From NCBI GenBank assembly GCA_043228905.1, contig JBHGNT010000001.1, forward strand, positions 310,001 through 374,000: a DNA stretch of 64,000 bases, read 5' to 3'. Of the stretch, positions 48,701 through 61,500 are shown piece after piece (the first letter of the stretch is position 1; each line of letters begins with the position of its first letter). This stretch comes from Azolla caroliniana (lineage: Eukaryota > Plantae > Polypodiophyta). A program made the position numbers and the translations under genes. The notes under the pieces were generated by a model. It was given only the letters and a program-made list of their open reading frames with translations, ran no database searches and had not been told where the DNA came from.

Positions 48701-50698
48701 TGCAATTAGGCAAATCTGCTTCGACCCCGCTCCCAATTAGTCTTCGGTTGTCTTTGCGAGAGTGCCCGACATTCGGTCTGCAGAGGCAAATCATGAAGTC
48801 GGTACCGTATACACCGACAATCGACTCCTTGATGTACGTCACACCACGGCTTGACATTGCTCACGTTGTTGGGGTCATGAGCAGATTTATGCATAATCTC
48901 GTTCGATTGCACTGGAACACAATCAAGCATGTGTTCAGATAATCTAGTGGGCACAAAAGATTATGGCATCCTATTCGGCCCAAATGACACTTTAGGTGTA
49001 GTTGGATACACCAACTCAGACTTTGTCGGTTATGTGGACAATCGAAAATCAACAACCAGATACTGTTTCAAATTCGGCAATGGAGCGATTTCGTGGAAAT
49101 CGAAACTTCAGGAGTGCACTGCCAACGACCGAGGCTGAGTACATAGCCACATCTGAGGCGGCGAAAGAGGCCTTATGGCTCGGTCGCCTGGCTCGCATGT
49201 TTCGACGTTGACTCCGACTAGGCTCCGGTTGTCTATAGTGACAGTCAGGGTATTGTTGCTTTATCGAAAAATTTGGTTCATCACAACGCCTCCAAGCATA
49301 TCGACGTTCGATAGGTCACTTTGTTTGGGATTGTGTCATTTCAAGGAAAATCGACCTCGAAAAGATACCTACATTTGATAATGTCGTAGATGGGATGACC
49401 AAGTGTCTTTCGGTGGATCGATTTCGATCCCTTCGGCACTAGATGGGCATCAGGAAAAATCAGTCTGATTGAGTCGGACATTCTCAGACAATCAACATCG
49501 ACGGTTCGAAGCTCGACTTCATATTTTCCGACCCCGGCCGACTTAGCCTTCTGTTCTCGGATTTTGGTAATTCTACAAAACCGATATGTTCGATAATCTG
49601 TAATTCTTATATTTTCTTTTTACGGATTTTTTGTGTATACGCCCATTACGAGGGAGTGTCGAATACGAGTCTCTAATGGCCGTATTCACACTGTCCCTTT
49701 GGACAATCTAGGTTTAGGACATCTTTGTAAATATGTCAAAGGGCAGTTGCCCTAGTCTAGTTAGTATATAACGTGCTCTGTAACCTAGTTCAAGAAGTTG
49801 TTGTTCATCTTGGTTAATGCCGCCATTCATTTGTAACTTGGAGCTTGAATAATATAGTTACATATTATGTGCCTCTTTGTCTCTCTCTCTCTCTCTCTCT
49901 CTCTCATTCTGTTCTTTGATATTGCCTTTTTTTGTGCACTTGGTGACGTGCACCTCAAGGTGTTGTTGATGTTTCCGCATTGACGGTCTCAGTTCCCAAC
50001 ACACCCCTCCTCAAGACAAATCTACGAGTCACATAGTTGAGTCTGTTGATGTTGTTGAAGTTCATACCAACCACTTAAGCTCATGTGAATGCACTTTTCC
50101 TTCACATTTACTTAGACCTAATGATTTACTCCAAGCACTCGGGTATATCAATGGAATACAAGCACATTTCTTGTTTGATTCTGGTAGTTCTCACAATTTT
50201 CTTTATGATCAATTGGTGCAACAAATGCAACTCCACATAAAAGCAAGTGATCATATCTATCAAGTTCACTTGGCAAATGGAGGCGTCCAATACATCAATG
50301 GCATTGTTTGTCAACTGCCAATTCAAATAGATACCTATATAGAGAAGCTTGATTTTCATGTTATGAAACTACAATCCGTAGATGTCATTTTAGGATACCC
50401 TTGGTTTTTTAATAAAAACCCTTATTTGTCTATTGATTGGGTTAATCACTCAATCACATTGGAACTTAATAATTGTAAACATTTTATTCAATGTTCCAAA
50501 CTTCCTTCTCTTATAAATCTTTAAGTGAGTATTCCAGTTCATCAATTTATACGTGTGTAATTGATCTTGAGCTTCAATTTTATTATTTTAATCTTGTACT
50601 ACAAAATTACCACATTATGAACGTCAATTACTCGACTCTATTTTAGAAAATTTTCAAGACATGTGTCCTAATGAATTGCCGCTTTACCACTACAACGT

Positions 50699-51466
50699 TG
50701 TCGTGCCTTGCGACTCCGGATCGTCGCGTGAGTCGGGTGGGAACCGTTGGGGTTTTGGATTAGGAGGAAAGAAAATTCTAAGGCAATTAAGAATATGAAA
50801 TATATTGTAAGAAAGAAAGATATGAAAAACTTGTGAATCCCACGAGTATAGCGTATTAGTGAGTACTCAAATTAAGAGAGGAAAATAGTTAGCAAACTCG
50901 TGGATCCCACGATTATATTATATTAATCAACCCTTGTAAAAATAATCAACAACCTCTTTCTCTCTTCCTTATATAGTGTTGGAAGAGTCTAAGTTTATCA
51001 CATGCAAGCATCATGCTTTTTCTATCTTTAGTTTTCATGCACACTGCATGTGCATGATTAGCTTTCTATCTCATCTTTTCTTTTAACTCGAGTGTCTATG
51101 CATGAATAACTTTTTGTACCATGCATGTCTAGAAATTTTACATGGGATAAAGTTTAGTATAACTTTAAAATTCATAATATGCTAGTATAATGATAAGGCT
51201 TAACATTATTAACATGGAGGTGCAAGGTCCGAATCTTGCCCTATGCATGTAATATATATATTTTTATACTTTCTTCTATTTACAAATATGTCTCTTCATC
51301 CGGTGAGAGACTCTCACCGGCCTTCTTCATCCGGCTCTTGCTGGGTCTCCTTATCGGTTTCGGTCCTTACCGGTTCCTTCTTCCGGTTCTCACCGGGTAC
51401 TCCATGTCCTATCCGGAGAGACCAAAAATGTAATTTTTCACGTAGTGTGCGAATTACACTACGACA
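50699..51466. mobile_element. Solo LTR (768 bp) with a 4-bp TSD
   Basis: Termini TGTCGT...ACGACA with flanks ACGT/ACAT. Removing it restores the host reading PLQ(R/H)NVDHRIELIPG. Confidence 0.82.
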
Positions 51467-52237
51467 ACATAATGTGGACCATCGGATTGAGCTAATTCCG
51501 GGTGCTGCTCCTTTGAGCATTCCACCTTATCGACTTAGTTGATTAGAAGAGGATGAGATCGCTAAACAAGTTAAGGAATACTTGAGTATGGGCCACATTA
51601 GGTATAGTAAATCAACATGGGGTGCACCGGTTCTTTTAGTTAAGAAGAAGGAAGGTTCATGGCAAATGTGTATTAACTATCGTTGTTTGGATAAGATGAC
51701 AATTAAAAATGCATATCCATTACCTCGTGTCGATGATATGATTGATCGTTTGCATGGGGCCCGATATTTTACGAAAATTGACTTATGAACAGGTATCATC
51801 AAATTCGCATTGCCGAAGATGATATTCCTAAAACCGTTTTACGTATATGTTATGGCCATTATGAGTTTTTAGTAATGCATTTCGGGTTGACTAATGCTCC
51901 ATCCACATTCCAACAAAGCGATGAATGATGTTTTCTGAGATGAACTCGATGATTTTGTTGTCGTCTTCTTGGATGATATTCTCATTTATAGTCGTACCTT
52001 GCAAGATCATGTTCAACATGTACGATTTGTTTTGCAAAAGTTGCGGGACAACTCTTTCTATGCAAAACATTCAAAATGTATTTTTTCCAAAATTCTATAA
52101 TTGTGTACCTAGGTCGTTTAATTACGAAAAATGTCGTTGAAATTGAACCTTCTCGTATTGAAAAGGTTAAACTTTGGCCCATTCCCCGTAATATTCGTGA
52201 ACTTCGCTCATTCTTAGGATTTGTTGGATTTTTACGT

Positions 52238-52921
52238 TATCGTGAAGATTTTCGTCCACAAGCGGAAACCCGAGCAACGAGAGCCAAAGAGCGATGTGCA
52301 ACGTTGCACACGTACATAATGTATTTGTAATAGTAATAAAGGTATAAAGGTGATGTGGTTGTACGCACATCCACGCGAGAGAGAGAGAGAGAGGCACTAT
52401 GCGGTACATAGGTACCTAGTTGTTTGTGAGGAGGTGGGAGTTAAGGGGCCATCAATCTCACCCTCCCCCAAATCAAGGCAAATATCCCCTTTGAATGAAA
52501 GGGGATATTTTAGTCTCACTTTTGTAAACGGTGTTCCCTCCTTGTGCTATAAAAGGAGAGAGAAGGCACCATTGTGGGGGTTGCCTATTTTGAGTGTGCG
52601 AGGTATACCACATAGGTCGAGCGTTAGGGTTCGGTTAGGGTTTTCTTCTTGGGTTTTCCTTTAGGGTTTTCTTACAGTCGTTTGGTGCGGCCATGGCGGC
52701 CACCATTGTAAAGCGTTTATGTTTTCTTAATCGAACTTCTTGTTGAGTATCTTGACTCCATCTTCTTCATCTTCTTCTATCATAATGTCATATTCGTTCT
52801 CTTCTCCTCTTGAGCTATGAGCTAATCTTCCATTCGTTGTCTTAACCTTTCTCCTCTTCTCCCTAGTCCAAGATCCCCGTGGTCCTGCCCCTTCCACATG
52901 CACGCGCGTAACAACGCAACA
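52238..52921 (+). mobile_element. Solo LTR (684 bp) with 4-bp TSD ACGT, same family as the LTR at 63888
   Basis: TATCGTG...CGCAACA flanked by ACGT/ACGT. Removing it restores RSFLGFVGFLR-KSICNYSK. Its 3' end is the near reverse complement of 63888-63950. Confidence 0.85.
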
Positions 52922-54173
52922 ACGTAAATCAATTTGTAACTATTCCAAAATGATATGCCATGAACTAACCTTTTAAAAGGTCATCCACGTAAGTTTGTCA
53001 AACCAATTTCATGGAATGAACTACTTGACACATAATTTAAGACACTCAAAGAATATGTGTGTCAAGCTCCAACTCTTCTATTATTGGACCCTTCCAAAAC
53101 TTTCGCAATCGAAAACAATGCTAGTGATTATGCTATTGGTGTCGTACTTTATCATGGCAGTCCCCTTATTTCTTTTGAAAGTAAGAAGCTTGACATTACT
53201 CAATCGCGATATTCGGTTCAAAAGAAATATTTGTTCATGGTAACACATGCACTAAAAACATGGAGGCACTGTCTCTATGGAAATCAATTTGTGTTACAAT
53301 GGACCATCAATCATTGAAGTATTTATGTGACCAGCCAGTTCTTATGTGATCAGTTCTTTGGGTTGACCTTATGGAAGATTTTGATTTTTCCATATGGTAT
53401 CGCAAGGGTTCTATGAACACCTTTGCGGATGCTCTTAGATGCATTAAAGAAGTTAACATGCTTAGTTTCACGAAAATAAAATTTGATCTTTTAGATCACT
53501 TTCGAGGGAAATACCTTGATGACAGTTATTTCTCGAAATATTGGACGAAAGCCAAATCTAGTTTAGATGTCGTTACTAGCACCCTATCCTCGAAGGCGAC
53601 CTTTCACATTACAAATGGTTTGCTCTACTGTAGTGGAAAGGTTTGTGTTCCAGATTTACCAAACGTGAAATAGAAAATTATTCATCAATGTCATGATGCA
53701 CCATCTTCTGGTCATTCTGGAATACAACGCAAACTCATGTTCATCTCGAGTACTTTTTTCTGGCCTACGATGTGCTTTGACGTGCATAAATACGTAACTC
53801 AATGCTTACAATGTTAGATTAATAAGTTAGAATGATTTAAAGTTGTTGGTCTTTTGTATCCCTTAGATATTCCCAACATCAAATGGGAAAGTATCTGATG
53901 GATTTTATTGTTAGTTTACCTCGTACATAGAGGGGTCATGATGTCATTTGGGTTGTCATTGACCGACTAACAAATTTGCCTAGATTTATTCCTACCAAAA
54001 CCACGGTAACCGCTCAAGAATTGGCTTATCAATTTGTTGATGAGTTATTTTGCTTTTATGGATTACTGATTGATATTATTAGTGACAGAGATTCCAAGTT
54101 TACTAGTGACTTTTGGACTCAGGTCTTTAAGAAGCTAGAAACTACGTTGAGCATGAGTTTTGCATGTCATCCT

Positions 54174-54274
54174 TGTAGGGGATGAACAAGGCCGTCAGTG
54201 CGGAAGAGATCACACAGTATGAATCTATGAGGAAGAAAATACTTGCGTATGAGAGAGGCAAGAACAAATTATGT

Positions 54275-54323
<49 letters not shown>

Positions 54324-55978
54324 CACAAAGAATATATCTATATTCTTAAAGGGGCAACCGTTACAACAATGAACAACCAACCTTTACAAAAGGTTACAAA
54401 GTCACTTTATATAGTGACTCACTTAGGGCAACTGCCCTTTATGTTATTTACAGAAATAGCCCGAACTTGGGCTCTCTAAGAGGATAGTGTGAATACGTCC
54501 ATTATACATTTGTATTCGACACTCCCCCGTAATGGGCGTATACATAGGTTGTCTAAAAAATACAGGTATAGGCATAGGTTCTCAAACGGGTCGGTTTTGT
54601 TCAAATCGGCATGATCCGTAGACAGAAGACCGAACTGGTCGGGTCGGAAAAGCTGAAACCGATCGTCAGTGAACCGATGTCTGTTGTCCGAAACCGTCCT
54701 GCGCTATGTCCGGCTTCAACCGGACCGATATGTTGTTACGCCCATCTGTTGCCGAAGAGTTGCGACATTATCGGTTGTGGATATCTTCTCTAAACCAATT
54801 TTCCCGGAAATGACGCAGTCCCGAAAGAAGTGATATCGAACTTCGATATGCTTGGAGGCATTGTGATGAACCGGATTTTTCGACAAAGCAACAACACTCT
54901 GACTGTTGCTGTAGACAACTGGAGCCGAGTCGGAGTTGACTTGCCGAAACGTGTGCGCCAACCGACCGAGCCATAAAGCTTCTTTCGTTGCGTCGGAGGC
55001 AGCTACATATTTTGCTTCGGTCGTTGAGGTGGCTGTGCACTCCTTGAGTTTCGACTTCCACGAGATTGCTCCATTGCTGAATTTAAAGCAATATCCGGTT
55101 GTTGACTTGTGACTGTCCACACAGCCGGCGAAGTTCGAGTCGGTGTAACCGACTACGCCTGAAGTTGAGTTCGGACCGAAAAGGATGCCGTGGTCTTTTG
55201 TGCCAACTAAATATCTGAACACATGCTTAACTGTGTTCCAGTGAGATCGGCCGGGATTGTGCATAAATCTGCTGATGACTCCTACGACGTGAGAAATATC
55301 AGGCCGTGTCGCGACCATCGCGTACATTAGAGAGCCTACTGCCAGTGCATACGGTACCAACTTCATGTCTTCCCCCTCCAGACCGGATGTCGGGCAGTCT
55401 CGTTGAGAAAGCCGAAGATGAATGGGGAGCGGGGTCGAAGCAGACTTGGCCGATTGCATGTTGAAGCGCTCCAAGACACGTCTGATGTAGTTGGTTTGAG
55501 ACAGAAAAAGCTGTCTTTTGGCGCGATTTCGACTAATCTTCATTCCGAGTATGTGTCTTGCTGGACCGAGGTCCTTCATGGCAAACTTCAATCGCAGTTT
55601 CCGTACGAGTTCGGTGAGCTCTCCGGTATGTCGACTGGAGAGTAGCATGTCGTCCACGTAGATGATGAGGAAGACGGGAGAACCGTCTTGAGCAGTTTTG
55701 GTGAAGAGGCAGTGGTCCTCATCGCTCTTGGAGAAGCCGACCGACTGGATGAAATCGTCAAACTTCTTGTACCGCTGTCGGGGTGCCTGTTTTAGGCTGT
55801 AAAGACTCTTCCTGAGTCGGCAGACTAGATGTTCCTGACCGGTGGCCACAAAGCCTTTCGGCTGCTCCATGTAGATTTCCTCCTTTAGATCACCGTGGAG
55901 GAATGCCGTTTTCACATCTAGCTGAATCAGCTCCAAATTGTCGGCGGCCACAACACCGAGCATGAAACGAAGGGTTGT
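54174..55978 (-). mobile_element. 3' part of a third copy of the 24995 copia family (RT-RNase H plus 3' LTR)
   Basis: LTR at 54174-54521, starting TGTCGAATACA on the minus strand. PPT at 54522-54530. RT/RNase H TTLRF...QLDVKTAFLHGDL...YVDDML...HIEVRYHF, with a short in-frame deletion near the C-terminus. Confidence 0.92.
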
Positions 55979-58361
55979 TCCCGGCCTCTTCGTAGGCCTG
56001 CTCTCTTCCTCCCTCCCGGAATGGTTATCTGGGAGTCCGCTCCGCCCGGTTCTCGTCCGGGTCCGTTCGTCATTCTCCGGATTGCCGGGTCCCGTTTTCC
56101 TGTCGCCATTGACCTCTCCTATAGGACTCACGCCGGCACTCGGGCCAACCGCCGGATTGGTGCGAAGATCTCATGGGACCGGTCTTTGTTCTCTTCATCC
56201 CTTGTACTTCTCCTGAACTTGTCGTTTCTCTCCTCTTCGCGTTCTCGCCTCCATCCTCCATCTCTTTCGGTCTCACGTTGCCACGTCGACCGAACTGCCG
56301 AAGTATCCGGATAGGACGTGGGGTAACCGATTTTTGCAACGTCTTTCGGTGACTCATCCGGACCACCGCCCCTTTTAGTGGTGTCGGTGGATAGCATACG
56401 CTCTGTGATCAATCAAGCCCCGCCTGAGCTTGATTCTCCAATGTCCAGAGTTTCGGCTCCGATGCCGACCTTGCCAGACTCGTTCCGAACCTTTGATCAC
56501 CTTCCTTCGAATTCTCGACCATCGCCCGATCGGTCTTTCTCCCCATGTAAAAGAGGGTGGCTCGTCCCGCACCCTCTTCCGTATCGGCACCTTCATGCCG
56601 AATCCGGCCTTGGTCGAACAATCCACGACCGGATTATGCTTCTTCCGAATCGGAATGCCGATCTTCTTGTGCCTCTTCCGTCCTCGGCCTCCTCGCAAGC
56701 CGTTTCCCATCCATCTTCGATGGCATCGTGCCAGGACTCCTCGCCGGCGCCTCCCTTCTCTCCGGTCTCATGTCGGCACACGGGCACGATCACTGGAGTC
56801 TCCGGAATCCCCGTGGAGCGCTCTTCTCCGCTCCTGACCTTGTCCTCAGTCGGCAATTCTCCGCAAGTCGAGAGGGCGTTTTGTTCCGCACCTTCTCCCG
56901 TGGTACCATCGTATCGATCTTCCGCCATCTCGTGGGGCAAGACCGTCTCCTCGGTCTTAGCTTGGGGCCTCGATCTTCCCTCTTCCTCGAGCATCGCCAC
57001 CTTGGCCCCAACGCCGACCCTTGCCAACTCCCTTTGCCGTTCAGCCTAGTCCCGCTGTGATGGCACGCCGTCGCGCGTCTTCCACTTAGCCTTCTCGGCT
57101 CGCTCATCGTCTAGCCGTTGGCACACCCTTCCGACCTTCGACCAGTCCTCCGTAAGCCCATTCGCTCTGTCATCGTCTTCGAGCTCCATCCTGATGGCCT
57201 CCCGTTCCGCTCGGTCGATCGACTTGACGAACAATAGGACCTTGTCTGTCCCCACCAAACCTTGTTCCCGCTCCGGGAGCCGAGCAAGCCGTCGCTCGAA
57301 CTCTTAGAACGCCTTGGTCGCGCCCCAATGGGTCTTTGCCGATGCTACCCATTGGTCGAAGTCGTGTCGTCCCCGACTCTTCCGCCGTCCTCCGTATGCC
57401 TTCAGGAGCGCCTCTTCGAAGGCCTCCCATGAACTGTTGGGAGACAGGTCCCTCCGGATAGGAAGGGAGAAGGACAGTGCGGATGAGGAGTACCCGGCTA
57501 CGGAGAGCCGGATGGTGCAGACCTGGCTACGGAGAGCCGGATGGTGCAGACCCGGCTACGGAGAACCGAATGGTGGAGACCCGGTGAGAACCGGATGAGG
57601 AGTACCCGTCTACGGAGAGCCGGATGGTGCAAACCTGGTGAGGAATGCTCACCGGATGAAGAGACATATTCGTAAATATGTTTCTGAGAGTCCATTGTGG
57701 CTATATTTGTAAATAGCCGAAAAGTCATATTAGTATAAATATGACTTAGGGCAGACTTTTAGAGCTGGTTGGTCATTCTTGTTGGTGCAAGGAGAGAGAG
57801 AGCGCGTAACTGTGTACAGAGAGAGAGAGAGAAAGAGGTTGTTGCCTCTGTTGTAACCGCTGCCTGTGGCGAGGATCGTGAGTGTCGAAATTCCGTGCTC
57901 GGCCACAACCGAGGAACTGGATCGATTCACAGAAAACGGGAAATACAACAATGCACGAAAACAATAGAGAGAAGGGTACACTGGATGTTTTACGTGGAAA
58001 ACCCTAAATGGGAAAAACCACGGGAGTGCAAGACTCCAACTATCACTATACGCGGGAATGTACAATGGCGAGCTGCAAGGCGACGACCTTGAGCTCACTG
58101 TCCTCGCCACAGGCGGCGGTATTACACAGAGGCGTCGACCTCTTCCTTCCTCTTTCTCTCTCACTCTCTCTCGGCTGCTCTCACTTCGCTCCCTCTTAGT
58201 GGAAAACAGAAAAAAATGAGCAACAACATAAACTGTTTGCCCTAAGTCATATTTATACACATATGACTTTCGGGCTATTTACAAATATAGCCTCAAGGGC
58301 TCTTGGCAAACATATTCACAAATATGTCCCCGCATCCGGATCTCCCTCCGGGTACATTCGT

Positions 58362-58491
58362 CATCCGGCTCCGTAACCGGGGTCTTCAGCATCCGGCTCC
58401 GTAGCCGGGGTATTCATCATCCGGCTCCATAGCCGGGGTCTTCATCATCCGGCACCGTAGCCGGGGTCTTCATCATCCGGCACCGTAACCG
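58362..58491. repeat. 28-bp tandem array (about 4.6 copies) in the LTR U3; second copy at 63146-63275
   Basis: Unit CATCCGGCTCCGTAGCCGGGGTCTTCAT. Confidence 0.9.
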
Positions 58492-58562
58492 CAACCGGGC
58501 TTGCCGTCATTCATCTCCGGACATCCCATCCGGAGGGACCGAAATCCCAACAAACTCCCCCT

Positions 58563-61500
58563 TCACTTCGGCATGGGATGTCTCTCCAATCCGACCCTCT
58601 TCCGGCACGCTTCCAGCTTGTCGGGTGTGAGCACTTTGGTCAGCATATCTGACCCGTTCTCTTCCGTGTGGATCTTCGTCAGCATGAACTCCTGGTCTTC
58701 TATCCTTTCCCGGATCCAGTGATATCTTCGCTGGATGTGCTTCGTCCGGGAGTGATAGGCCGCGTTCTTCGCAAGGTGGATGGCACTCTGACTGTCGCAG
58801 TAGAGTCGGTACTCCTCTTGCCGGATACCGAGCTCTCTAATGAAGTCCTTCATCCATATTATTTCCTTGCCGGCTTCAACAGCCGCCATGTACTCCGCCT
58901 CCGTGGTTGACAACGCAACCGTCTTCTGCAACCTCGACTGCCACGAAACAGCTCCCCCTGCATACGTCATCACATACCCTGATGTGGACCGGCTGGTATC
59001 TTCATCAGCCGACATATCCGAATCGGTAAAGCCGTCGAGTTCGGGCTTACCGGAGCCGAATCGGAGGCACACGTTTGCCGTGCCCTTCAGGTATCGGAGT
59101 ATCCACTTGACCGCGTTCCAGTGGTCTTTGCCGGGATTGCTCATGTACCGGCTCACCACTCCGACTGCGTATCCTATGTCCGGTCTTGTACACACCATTG
59201 CGTACATCAAGCTTCCGACGGCAGAGGCATATGGTACTTTCATCATGTCCTCCTTCTCAGCCTTTGTCTTGGGGCTCTGCTTGCTGGACAACTTGCAGTT
59301 TGCCGGGAGGGTTGACCCGACCGGTCTTGCTTCCGACATGTTGAACCGGTGAAGCACCTTTGTCACGTACTTCTCCTGTGACAGCCACAACTGCTTCTTC
59401 TTCCGGTCCCGGATGATGTGCATCCCTAGTATTTGCCTCGCCGGACCCAGGTCCTTCATTGAGAAGGTTCGGTGAAGAGCCTTCTTCAGCATCCATATCT
59501 TGACCTGGTCCCGTCCGACGATCAACATGTCGTCCACGTATAGGAGGAGTATTAGAAAGTCTCCTCCTTCGAACTTCTTCACAAACACGCAGTGATCGGA
59601 CTGCGTTTTGTGGTACCCTTCGTCGGTCATGAAGGAGTCGAACTTCCGGTACCATTGCCGGGGAGCCTGCTTCAGTCCATAAAGGCTCTTCTTCAACCGG
59701 CATACCAGGTGCTCCTTCCCTTTCTTCTCGAATCCTTCCGGTTGCTGCATGTAGATCTCTTCTTCGAGGTCACCGTGAAGGAATGCCGTCTTCACGTCCA
59801 TCTGTTCTACCTCGAGGTCCATGCTTGCCGCTATGCTCAGCACCGTCCGGATGGAGGTCATCTTCACTACCGGGGCAAATATCTCGTCGAAGTCGACGCC
59901 CTTCTTCTGCTGAAACCCCTTCACCACGATCCTGGCTTTGTATCTCGGGGGGTTTCCGGCATCTCCCGGTTTCAGCTTGAACACCCACTTGTTTCGAAGT
60001 GCCCGCTTTCCTTTCGGCAACTCCACAAGTTCATATGTGTGGTTCTCATGCAGGGAATCCATCTCGTCCTGCATGGCACTCAACCACCTGCGGCTCTGGG
60101 TGTCATGCTTTGCTTCTTCAAAGCTCTCCGGCTCCCCCTCGTCGGTTAGCAGCACGTGCTCTGGTTCCGGAAATCTCCGGGGGGCCCTTCTCTCTCTTAG
60201 AGGATATCTCCGTTCCGGAGCTTCGGTAACCGGTTCTTCCGATTCTTCTTCATCCGAATCCATTTCGGGATCGGGGCCGGTTCCGGTATCATTTTCATCT
60301 TCTTCGGCCGGTTCTGTTTCTTCACCGTCTTCGGCCGGATCCTCGAGTGCTAACCGGTCCCTTGCCGGTCGGGACTGCTCCACGTAGAGTTTATCCTCAC
60401 CGGTCGACTTTGAGCTCTTCATCTTCTTCTCCGACTCCCAGTCGGCGAGTGTCTTGTCCTCCATGAAGATGATGTCTCGACTCCTGAATATCTTCTTGTC
60501 CACCGGGTCCCATACTCGGTAGCCGAACTCGTCGTCGCCGTAACCGAGGAATATGCATGGCCGGGTCTTTGGATCTAGCTTTCCTCTCCGGTCCTTTGCC
60601 ACATGCACGTATGCGAGACACCCGAACACCTTCAGATGCCGGTAGGACACTTCCTTACCGGTCCACACTTTCTGCGGCGTGTCTCCGTCCAAAGGTACTG
60701 AGGGTGATCTGTTTATCATGTATGTCGCCGTCGACATTGCCTCAGCCCAAAACCCCTTGGGTAATTTCGCATGCGCCAGCATACTCCGGACCCTCTCCAT
60801 TATGGTCCGGTTCATCCTCTCGGCCAGCCCGTTTAGTTCCGGCGTCTTCGGCACAGTAAACTCGAGCCGGATTCCCTTCGAGCGACAGTACTCCTGGAAT
60901 TGCCCCCGGTATTCCCCTCCGTTATCCGCTCGTATCGCTTTCAGCTTCTTGCCGGATTCCCTTTCCACTCTCGCGTGGAGTTCTTTGAAGACGGACAATA
61001 CTTGGTCCTTTGTCTTCAACGGTGCCGTCCACAGCTTCCGGTTGTGATCATCAATGAATGTTACGAAGTACTGGGCTCCGCCATGCGACTTCGTTTCTAC
61101 CTGACACACATCGGTGTGCACCAACTCCAATGGTGCGCTACGTCTCGTCGGTGGCCTTGAGTGGAAGGAGGTCCGGTTTTGCTTACCGGCCAGGCAGTCG
61201 GTGCACTTCTCCAGGTGCACATGCTTCACTGGAATGAGGTTGTCTTCTGCAAGCCTCTTCATCCCCTTCTCACTCATGTGGCACAGTCTTTTGTGCCACA
61301 GCTCACCGGCAGTGTCGGCTGCCACATTCAGCTCTTCCAGACATAGCCGGGAATTCATCAGGTACAGTGTGTTGACCTTCCGGGCCCGAGCCACTATCAG
61401 GCTCCCCTTGCTGAACTTCATGACACCGTTCCGGATGCTACCCGTGTAGCCTTCATCATCTAGCCTCCCGGCCGAGATCAGGTTCAATCGGACCTCCGGA

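Larger units (their letters stand above)
43318..50001 (+). mobile_element. Full-length degenerate Ty1/copia related to the element at 24995
   Basis: 5' LTR 43318-44329 (interrupted) and 3' LTR 49657-50001. TSD CACCT/CACCC. Mutated PBS TAGTATCAGAGCC. The internal region is collinear with 25860-29876 but carries many stops and frameshifts. Confidence 0.93.
40438..54173 (+). mobile_element. Decayed Ty3/gypsy (chromovirus-like) element, host of the nested insertions; 3' end lies beyond the window
   Basis: Candidate 5' LTR 40438-41710 (TGTGATT...AATCACA). Gag remnants ~41850-43317 (AWW...LPTT; CAYGKKRGHIKDTC). Protease LFDSGSSHNF at ~50170. RT at 51470-52237 ([35 protein letters not shown]). RNase H ~53050-53400. 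Integrase to 54173 (IISDRDSKFTSDFW...HP). Many stops and frameshifts. Confidence 0.85.

Noticed and set aside
56378-57060. 223-aa and 167-aa plus-strand ORFs
   Set aside because: Antisense to the GC-rich post-gag region, Ser/Pro-biased, with no recognisable domain.
57493-58491. CRISPR-like appearance of the 28-29-bp palindromic repeats
   Set aside because: Units are head-to-tail with no unique spacers, lie inside LTRs of a plant genome, and no cas genes are present.
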